Assembly (NCBI GenBank): GCA_963732945.1
Contig: CAVTBL010000017.1
Span: forward strand, 187,298-251,297
From: an uncultured Chloroflexia bacterium
GTDB taxonomy: Bacteria; Chloroflexota; Dehalococcoidia; DSTF01; WHTK01
DNA length: 64,000 nt
Reading direction: 5' to 3'
Shown: piece after piece, positions 56,635 to 64,000 of the stretch
Layout: every line of letters starts with the position of its first letter
Position numbering within the stretch: position 1 is the first letter of the stretch
Translations under genes and position numbers: made by a program
Notes under the pieces: generated by a model
Database searches by the model: none
Told to the model about the DNA's origin: nothing
What the model saw: only the letters and a program-made list of their open reading frames with translations

Positions 56635-56871
56635 ATGCCAACAGTCCTACAATCAGGGCCGTATCGATTCATTTTCTTCTCATCGGACGGTCACGAGCCT
56701 CCGCATGTGCACGTGTTTCGGAACGATTCTCAGGCAAAGTTCTGGTTGAATCCGGTACGCTTAGAGAGCAGCCACCTCTTCCGGCCAGTTGAGGAACGAC
56801 GGATCGAGCAATTGGTGGCTCAATATGCGCATGAGCTTATAGAGGCGTGGTATGAGTACTTCCCCCATTGA
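56635..56871 (+). CDS. DUF4160 family protein
   Basis: GPYRFIFFSSDGHEPPHVHVFRNDSQAKFWL, hallmark of DUF4160. Confidence 0.8.
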   Translation: MPTVLQSGPYRFIFFSSDGHEPPHVHVFRNDSQAKFWLNPVRLESSHLFRPVEERRIEQLVAQYAHELIEAWYEYFPH

Positions 56872-57154
56872 TGTGGCCAGGGCCGAGGCACAGTCAGTTC
56901 GAGTGACCGACGATGAGCTAACCGTTGAGTTGACCGACGGACGGACGCTTAGCGTGCCTATCGCATGGTACCCGCGCCTGGCTCATGGCACACCTGAGGA
57001 GCGCAACAACTGGGAGCTCCTGGGCGGGGGCATAGGCGTCCATTGGGAAGAACTGGACGAAGACATCAGCGTCGCGGGGCTACTTGCAGGCCGTCGATCG
57101 GCCGAATCGCAGGCGTCGCTGAAGGGCTGGCTCGACAAGCGACGCAACGCCTGA
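56852..57154 (+). CDS. DUF2442 family protein
   Basis: LTVELTDGRTLSVPIAWYPRL ... GIGVHWEELDEDISVAGLL. Overlaps the DUF4160 gene by 20 nt. Confidence 0.8.
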   Translation: MSTSPIDVARAEAQSVRVTDDELTVELTDGRTLSVPIAWYPRLAHGTPEERNNWELLGGGIGVHWEELDEDISVAGLLAGRRSAESQASLKGWLDKRRNA

Positions 57155-57179
57155 CAGCTGCGCATCTGGATACGAAGAG

Positions 57180-57215
57180 GGGGGCCACCGCTTTCGCGGT
57201 GGCCCTTCTTGTTGC
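57180..57215. terminator. Bidirectional intrinsic terminator
   Basis: 10-bp stem gggccaccgc / gcggtggccc, loop tttc, followed by ttcttgtt. Confidence 0.6.
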
Positions 57216-57247
57216 CCTTCGGCCCGTGTTTGTCCGTTGACGCTACG

Positions 57248-60200
57248 CTACTCGTAGCGCAAGGCGTCGGCGACGGGCACTCGCGCGGCCTGGCGGCTCG
57301 GGAACCAGGTCATGAACATCGACACCACGAACGACACCCCGGCGATTAGCAGGATCTCGACCCACGGAATCGCGAACTGGATGTCGTCGCCGCTGAACTG
57401 ACCGCTCGTGAACAGGTTGTGCGCGATGATCATGCCCCCGACCACGCCCGACAGGATGCCCATCAGGGCGATGAAGCCCGACTCGAGCACGAAGGTCATC
57501 GCCACGGTACCGGTCTGGTAGCCGATGGCCCGCAGCATACCGATCTGCTGCCTGCGCTCGACCACCGACCGGTAAGCGATGACGCCCAGCGCCGCGATGC
57601 CGGTCAGCAGGCCCAGCGCCATGAAGCCCTGGAACATGCGGATGAACGAGTTGTTCTCGGCAACAGCATCGTTCAACAGCACGCGGACCGACTCCGCCTG
57701 CACGCCCTGCGTCACCAGCGCGGCCTCGATGTCCTTCGCGGCCTGCTTGGCCTTGACGCCGCCGTTTAGCTTCACGAAGGTGCGCAGCAGTGACGGCTGG
57801 CCGAAGACCCGCTCGTACGCCGAAGCCGGGACGTAGACGCCGGCCGTGTACGACTGGTCGACCTGAATCGCGAGCACGCCGATCACGGTGACGCGCGCCT
57901 CGCGGTGGGTCATCGTGTCCGTGTACTCGATGTCGAAGGGCTGGAAGCGGTCGTTCTTCACGTTGAGGCCCTTGACCTGGAAATCGTAGTCGTTGAAACC
58001 GGACGGCAGCACGCTCGGGTCGACCAGCGCGTATTGCGTACCGTTCTGCACCGCGTCGAACACGGCGCGCTCGCTGTCGAAGCCGTCGGCCCAGGCCTGT
58101 AGCCTTGCGTCCTTCATCGAGAAGAAGCCTTCGTTGGCCGCTAGTACAGGGAAGGCCTTGTAGTCGCCACCGGCGACACGGACCTGCGAAGTGCCGTTGA
58201 AGGTCGAGACCCCACCTGTTGCCGCGATGTCGTTGGCGACCGGCGCGTTCGCTTGCTGGCAGCGCCGCCAGCACGTCGGTCGTCGCGGTATTGCGGTTGG
58301 CCGTTGCGATGACGTCCCAGCCGCCGTCGCCGTCGGCGCCGGTGAGGATGGAGACAAAGCTGCTGTTGATGGCGCTGAACGTGGCCAGCGAGAACACGAT
58401 CAGCGAGAACATGGCGATCGTCATGCCGGTGCGGAAGCGGTTCGAGAGCGGGTAGGCGACGCCCATCTTGAGGGCAGGCGCCATCGAAGGGAAACGCACC
58501 GCCGCGAACGCCGCCACAGCGCCGATGGCGATCACGCCGCCGAACAGGTAGAGCAACTGGCCGAGGCCGTCGGCGCTGTCGCCCAGGACCACGCCGCCAA
58601 CCAGGCAGGCGACGGTTGCGAGCGTCAGGACGGCCGTGAAGCCGTAGCGAGGCCCGTTGCCGCGCTGGAAGAACGCGGTCAGCAGCTTCGCATTGAACAC
58701 GATGAGCAGCGTGAACGCGATCACGACCATGACGCCGGAGATAACGAACATCTCGATATCGCCGCTGAGGTGCTTACCGAGGATGAGCTTCGGGTAGTCG
58801 ACCGGTGCCAGCCAGTACGCCGCCAGGTAGGCGCCGACCAGTGACCAGGTCAGGCGACCGGGTGCGCGGTAGTGCGCCGCGAGCAGCGCCACGCTAAGAG
58901 GCAGGATCGAGACGCCGAACGAGAACAGGAACTCGGAGTCGCCGGAGTTGGCTGCCATGATGGACAGGCCGCCCAGTGCGATACCCAGGGGCGCGAAGAT
59001 CCACGCCCATGAGATACCGAGGCCCTTGCGAAAGAAGAACCACACGCCCAGCGGCGGTACGACCATCGCCGGGAGGCCGGCCAGCATCCAGCGCCACGAG
59101 ACCTTGCGGCGCGCAGGACGGCTGTCGTCCTCGTCGGTGCCGCGAATCGCCGCGACGATGTTCACGGAGCTGACCTGGATCGAGGAGAAGACGACGGTGA
59201 GGAACGTAACCACGACGCCGAGGCAGTAGCTGATCACCAACGACCGCAAGGTGACGTGCGCGTGGATGAAGTCGTAGCCGCCGGCGATCTTGAGGTAGCC
59301 CGACACCAGCCCGACCGCGGCCGCGACGCCGAACGCCGCGCCCACAGCCCCGGCGATGATGCTGTACGCCGTGCCTTCGGCCAGGAACGCCTGAACCAGG
59401 CTGCTACGCTGGGCACCGACGGCGCGAGCCATGCCCATCTCTGGCTTACGTTCGGCCGCCAGCATCACGAAGATCATGAAGATCAGCATGATGCCGGCGG
59501 CGATGGAGAACAGGCCGAGGACCAGGAAGAATGTCGTGAACAGGTTGCCGTTCTCCTCCGCGGTCTTCACGGAGTCGGCCTTGGTCTTGTCGAGACTGAT
59601 CGGGCCTTCGACGCCCAGCAGCGCGCGACCCTCGTCGCTCTGCAGGAACGGCTCGAGGCGGCTGATCGCGGCGTCAGACCGCGTGTAGCTGGTCGCGACG
59701 CTGCCTTTGAGCGCGACGCTGAGGAAGTCGAGTTGCCCCTTGTGGCCGGTCAACGCCTGGACGCTGGACAGCAGCATCGCGCCGCCGCCGGACGTCTTCA
59801 CGTCGAAAGCTCCGACGCTGCCCGAAGCCAGCTCGTCCTGGACGACGCCGATGACCCTAACCTCGGTCGAAGCGCCGGCGACGTAGACCGTGAGCACGTC
59901 GCCGGTCTTCGCGTCGAGCTTCTCGGCGGCACTTTTGCTCAGGTAGATGTCAGACTGACCGAGCTTCGACAGGTCGGCCTGACCGCCGCCGACCAGTCGC
60001 AGGCCGCCGAGCTCGCCGAGGCGCTGCGGGTCAATGCCCGAGAGCGTTATCGAGGGCTCGGACTGCTTGCTACTCTGGTCGACAGCGCCGACCGGCTCCT
60101 GCAGCAGCGGGATGAAGCCCGCGATGTCGGCGTCGTTGGCGAAGCGCTGCTCGAGGGCAGGCGTGATGCCGTCGTTGAAGTAGATCGGCGTGTCGCTGTG

Positions 60201-60509
60201 CACCGCGTCCTCGCCGACAAGGTTGAGCGTGAGGTCGGAGCGCTGAAGCTGGTCGTAGCCGACGCGGCTGATCGAGTAGTCGACCGTGTCGCCGGTGGTG
60301 AAGGCAGCCGTCGTAATCAGGGTCGCGAGCATGAGGCCGACGATGACGAGGCCGGTCTGCAGGCCGCGACGCGGAATGTTGCGCAGGCCCATGCGGAACA
60401 TGTGGCCGCTGGTTACATAAATGACGCCCACACTGGCGATAGCGACGGCGAACAGCGCCACCAGCACCAGCATGATCGTGTCCATCGGGATGCCGAATAG
60501 CTTTTCCAT
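57248..60509 (-). pseudogene. Very large FtsX/MacB-type ABC permease (paralog of 30774-34100); frame interrupted by one extra nucleotide near 58255-58262
   Basis: The first ~750 aa are in one frame. The last ~335 aa (QQANAPVANDIAATGG...ERRQQIGMLRAIGYQTG...AARVPVADALRYE) are in the +1 frame and align with the paralog's LQAANSPAANDIEAVG... Span is 3n+1. The in-frame continuation is Arg-rich nonsense. Confidence 0.8.
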
Positions 60510-61252
60510 TACCGCGACTCCTCATTCGTGACCAGACCGTCGTTCATGGTGATGAGACGGTGGCAGCGCCGGCCGATGCCGGGGTCGTGCGTGACGATGA
60601 CGAAGGTCTGACCCTTCTCGGCGTTGAGCTCCTCCATGAGCAACATGATTTCGTTGGCGGTGCGGGAGTCGAGCGCGCCCGTGGGCTCGTCGGCCCAGAC
60701 GATTGCCGGGTCGTTGACCAGGGCGCGGGCGATGGTGACGCGCTGGCGCTGGCCGCCCGAGAGCTGCGAAGGACGGTTGAACGCCCGGTCGGCGAGGTTG
60801 ACACGCTGCAGGGCCTGCATCGCCAGCTCGCGCGCCTGCTTCGCGTTGACACCCGAGACAACCAGGGGTAGCTCGACGTTCTCGACGGCCGAGAGCACCG
60901 GCAGCAGGTTGTAGGTCTGGAAGATGAAGCCCATGTTGTGCGCCCGGTAGGACGTCTTCTGCTTGTCGCTCAGCGACGCCAGGCTGACGCCGTCGATACT
61001 GACGCTGCCGCTATCGAAGCCGTCGAGGCCGCTGATGCAGTTGAGCAGCGTCGTCTTGCCGCAGCCGGACGGGCCCATGATTGCGACCATCTCGCCCGGC
61101 TGGACCTGCAACGACACGCCCTTGAGCGCTCTCACCTGCACGTCGCCGCTCGCGTAGGTCTTCACCACGTCGTCGACGTCGATGATTGCTCGCGGCGCGA
61201 GCTCTTGTTGAATGACTCCTCGCTGTTCGGGTATGGCCCAGGCTACCTGCAT
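60509..61252 (-). CDS. ABC transporter ATP-binding protein (MacB/LolD-like), paralog of 30014-30763
   Basis: [34 protein letters not shown] ribosome-binding site. TAATG overlap with the permease start. Confidence 0.85.
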   Translation of the reverse strand: MQVAWAIPEQRGVIQQELAPRAIIDVDDVVKTYASGDVQVRALKGVSLQVQPGEMVAIMGPSGCGKTTLLNCISGLDGFDSGSVSIDGVSLASLSDKQKTSYRAHNMGFIFQTYNLLPVLSAVENVELPLVVSGVNAKQARELAMQALQRVNLADRAFNRPSQLSGGQRQRVTIARALVNDPAIVWADEPTGALDSRTANEIMLLMEELNAEKGQTFVIVTHDPGIGRRCHRLITMNDGLVTNEESR

Positions 61253-61317
61253 CTCGTTTGCTCCTTGCGTTGCTGAAGTGCTTGACGATGGGAGTGGCTC
61301 ATGGCTGCGTCATGACT

Positions 61318-61728
61318 TCACGACTCGGCCTCCCTTCCGGGACGCGCCGCGTCACGAATCGCGGCGAGAAGCTTCTCGCTCGGCTCGTGCTTGGCCACGA
61401 AGGCGCGCACGCCCGCAACCGCGGCCTGGCGCTGAGTAGCGATGTCGTCGTGAATGCTCAGCATGACGACGGCGGCAGCGTTGCCGGCCTGCGCCAGCGC
61501 CCGCGTCGCCTCGATGCCGTTCATGCCCGGCATCTCGTAGTCCATGACCAGCACGTCGGGTTGCAGGGAGGAGGCTGCGCTTACGGCCGTTGCGCCGTCT
61601 GCCGCCTCGCCCACGACCGTGATGTCGGGCTCCAGCCGGAGCCGCATGATCAGGCCGCGCCGGACGCTGGGCTGGTCGTCAACCAGGAGGATGCGTATCG
61701 CTTTCACACAGGCATAGTCGCGGTGCAA
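61318..61728 (-). CDS. Single-domain response regulator (receiver)
   Basis: IRILLVDDQPSVRRGL ... VLVMDYEMPGMNG ... VAKH. The start may be an internal GTG. Confidence 0.75.
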   Translation of the reverse strand: MHRDYACVKAIRILLVDDQPSVRRGLIMRLRLEPDITVVGEAADGATAVSAASSLQPDVLVMDYEMPGMNGIEATRALAQAGNAAAVVMLSIHDDIATQRQAAVAGVRAFVAKHEPSEKLLAAIRDAARPGREAES

Positions 61729-61857
61729 GGGGTCTCGCCGGATCGACCGCGCGGCTGAAACTTGGGGCTGACCTGCGGCCTATGCGATCTCCGTCAAAAG
61801 GCGGAGGCGAAGGCAGTCGGAGGTCTGGTAGAGTGAGCGCTCCGAGACTAGATCGTC

Positions 61858-62520
61858 TTGGCGGAGGCGAGATTGGCGATACGCATCCTCATTGCCGATG
61901 ACCACAGCGTCGTGCGCCAGGGCCTGCGCATGTTCCTCGGCCTCGACCCCGAGCTCGAGATCGTCGGCGAGGCCGCGGACGGCGCCGAGGCCGTGAAGCT
62001 GTGTCGTGAGCTGAGTCCGGACGTCGTGCTCATGGACATGCTCATGCCAGTGATGGACGGCATCGCGGCCACGCAGGCGATCCGCGGCGAGATGCCCGAT
62101 ACCGAGGTCATCGCCCTGACCAGCGTGCTCGAAGACGGCGCCGTGATCGGCGCGGTCAAGGCGGGTGCGATCGGTTATCTGCTAAAGGACACGCAGGCCG
62201 ACGACCTGCGCCGCGCGATCAAAGCCGCAGCCGCGGGTCAGGTTCAGCTCTCGCCCGCCGCCGCCGCCCGCCTGATGCGCGAGGTGCGCACGCCGGAGCC
62301 CGCGACGCCGCAGCTGCTCACCGAGCGCGAGAACGACGTGTTGAAGCTACTGGCCCAGGGCAAGGCAAACAAAGAGATCGCATTCGAGCTCGTGATCGGC
62401 GAGAAGACGGTGAAGACGCACGTCAGCAACATTCTGCTCAAGCTCGGCGTGCAGAGCCGCACGCAGGCAGCGCTGTACGCGGCGCAGAACGGCCTCGCCG
62501 AGCTCTCGACCTCGAGCTGA
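61858..62520 (+). CDS. NarL/LuxR family response regulator (REC + HTH_LuxR)
   Basis: ILIADDHSVVRQGL, VLMDMLMPVMDG, LTERENDVLKLLAQGKANKEIAFELVIGEKTVKTHVSNILLKLG. Confidence 0.85.
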   Translation: MAEARLAIRILIADDHSVVRQGLRMFLGLDPELEIVGEAADGAEAVKLCRELSPDVVLMDMLMPVMDGIAATQAIRGEMPDTEVIALTSVLEDGAVIGAVKAGAIGYLLKDTQADDLRRAIKAAAAGQVQLSPAAAARLMREVRTPEPATPQLLTERENDVLKLLAQGKANKEIAFELVIGEKTVKTHVSNILLKLGVQSRTQAALYAAQNGLAELSTSS

Positions 62521-62522
62521 CG

Positions 62523-64000
62523 ATGCGATTCTCCTCTGCCAGCCTGGGGCTGAAGCTCAACCTGGCGCTGGTCTTCTTCTTCCTCATGCTCGGCGGCCTC
62601 ACCACCGCGATCATCCTCTACGGCTTCAACCGAACACAGCACAGCGCCACCGACCGCAGCCAGGAAGCATTGGAAGAGCAAGGGAAGTTAGCGCTTCAAA
62701 CGATCGTCTCAGACCAGGGCAAATACGACGGGCTCGCGATCGAAGCCGCTGCGGAGATGGGATCTCGAGCGTCGACCTTCCTGGCGACATTCAAGGCGGC
62801 CGGCGAGCACGTTCAGGTCGATGCATCCAGCCTGGCACGCACCGACGGTGGTCTGCTCTATAACCCAGACCCTACGCGTACCTCAGATGTGGCCATACCA
62901 AATTACGTCGACCTGACCCAGGGCGTTCTTGACGATATCGCTTATTCGGCACCAATGGACTTCATTTATTCGGCACTGATGGAGAGCTTCCCCGAATCCC
63001 TACGGGAGGAGAATCTCGAGCCGATCGCAATTTCTTTCATCACGGCCAACTCCGTTGTTCGCTACTACCCTCCCATCGGCGTGCACACTCTCGTGCCGCC
63101 AGACGTCGATGTCACGGCTGTAGCGGCGCGCCTTGGTCCCGCAGCAAATCCTGAAAGACGGATCAACTGGCGAACGCCGTACGAGGACGCGGCAGGCAGG
63201 GGACTCGTGATCACGGCTGAGGTACCTGCATATGACGGTGACACGTACAGAGGCACGTTCCAAGTCGACCTTTCGATCGACAAGCTGGTCAAGCAGCTCA
63301 ATATGCTCAAGCTCACCCCTACCGGCTTCGCCTTCTACGTGGATCAAAAGGGCGAGATCTTGAAGGGAGATGCCTACGATCTGATCAACGACGAAGTTGA
63401 GCGGGGGAATACCGCGGTCAAGGCGATGTTGGAAGCGATGCGCAATGGGCAACAAGGCGTCACACGCGCAACGATCAACGGCAACGACACGTTCATTGGC
63501 TACGCACCTATCCCAGGTGTCGGCGGCAGTCTGGCGATGGGCTCCTCCGTCGAAGAGTTGACTGCGTCTGCCGCTGCCATAACGGCTAGCATCGGAGATC
63601 AAGGAGACCGTACTCTCCGGACCACTCTCCTTGCGATGAGTGCACTGTTCATCGCGGGCCTGGCAGGTGCGACCTATCTGAACCGGAGGGTCCTCTTAAA
63701 ACCGATTGAGGCGCTGGCGAGCGGTACGCGCGCAGTGGCACAAGGTGACCTCGACACGTCGATCGATCTTGCTGGTGATGACGAGATCGGGACCCTGGCG
63801 CGCTCGTTCAACGAAATGACATCTGAGATCCGCGAGTCTCGCAAGGACCTGGAACGTCGCGTGGCGGAGCGCACGCGGGAGCTGACGGCCCTGCTCGGCA
63901 TCTCCAGCGATCTGGCTTCGACGCTTGACCTGGGGCCGCTGCTCTCACTGATCATCGATGACGTACGCCGGGTCGCGGATTATAGCCGCTGCTCGATATA
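62523..64000 (+). CDS. Sensor histidine kinase, N-terminal part (TM - Cache-like extracytoplasmic domain - TM - HAMP - GAF-like), continues off the right edge
   Basis: ATG 2 nt after the regulator stop. Open frame to the window end. HAMP block LKPIEALASGTRAVAQGDLDTSIDLAGDDEIGTLARSFNEM. Confidence 0.8.
   Translation, partial: MRFSSASLGLKLNLALVFFFLMLGGLTTAIILYGFNRTQHSATDRSQEALEEQGKLALQTIVSDQGKYDGLAIEAAAEMGSRASTFLATFKAAGEHVQVDASSLARTDGGLLYNPDPTRTSDVAIPNYVDLTQGVLDDIAYSAPMDFIYSALMESFPESLREENLEPIAISFITANSVVRYYPPIGVHTLVPPDVDVTAVAARLGPAANPERRINWRTPYEDAAGRGLVITAEVPAYDGDTYRGTFQVDLSIDKLVKQLNMLKLTPTGFAFYVDQKGEILKGDAYDLINDEVERGNTAVKAMLEAMRNGQQGVTRATINGNDTFIGYAPIPGVGGSLAMGSSVEELTASAAAITASIGDQGDRTLRTTLLAMSALFIAGLAGATYLNRRVLLKPIEALASGTRAVAQGDLDTSIDLAGDDEIGTLARSFNEMTSEIRESRKDLERRVAERTRELTALLGISSDLASTLDLGPLLSLIIDDVRRVADYSRCSI

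Noticed and set aside
57243-58260. C-terminal ~370 aa of the 1088-aa track ORF (an Arg/Gly/Pro-rich tail)
   Set aside because: This is an out-of-frame read-through after the single-base frame break. The conserved FtsX C-terminal module is encoded in the +1 frame (track ORF 57248-58357).

Overview
This is a GC-rich bacterial chromosomal segment that is densely coded on both strands. It shows no rRNA genes, CRISPR array, transposase or integrase. Its gene content, which includes an auracyanin-like cupredoxin next to an aa3-type oxidase, an Anbu operon and PAC2, would fit a Chloroflexota- or Actinomycetota-like organism, but the taxon cannot be fixed from sequence alone.

Main blocks:
- **424-4480:** a four-gene operon of circularly permuted ATP-grasp, alpha-E, Anbu (proteasome-type Ntn peptidase) and transglutaminase-like protein, followed by a PAS histidine kinase and a receiver.
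- **9335-12044:** an scpB / membrane protein / mtaB operon.
- **13682-16751:** an ECF Co/Ni importer, cbiM(N)-cbiQ-cbiO.
- **17112-23115:** a cytochrome oxidase cluster, ctaC-ctaE-ctaD-cupredoxin plus ctaG.
- **tRNAs:** four genes, Phe-GAA, Arg-GCG, Leu-CAG and Val-CAC.
- **30014-34100 and 57248-61252:** two paralogous MacB/FtsX-type ABC modules with permeases of about 1100 aa. The second sits next to a two-component cluster.
- **43402-51307:** a trehalose/glycogen block with two GT20 OtsA-like genes and glgX.
- **53687-55801:** uvrC.
- **Toxin-antitoxin pairs:** three small pairs.

Most notable calls:
- A ydaO-type c-di-AMP riboswitch with an intrinsic terminator lies in the leader of one GT20 gene.
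- The Anbu operon has intact predicted catalytic residues.
- Five otherwise intact genes are each interrupted by exactly one extra nucleotide at a short G/C run. This is probably an indel artefact but needs checking.
- Several dispersed families of intergenic inverted repeats have low-complexity arms, and there is an (ATAGGC)n microsatellite. One palindromic repeat is inserted in frame inside uvrC.
- An unassigned structured region carries a strongly SD-preceded 31-codon ORF at 37.8-38.06 kb.

Many long Arg/Pro/Ala-rich ORFs in the six-frame track are antisense or off-frame artefacts of the high GC content and are not reported as genes.
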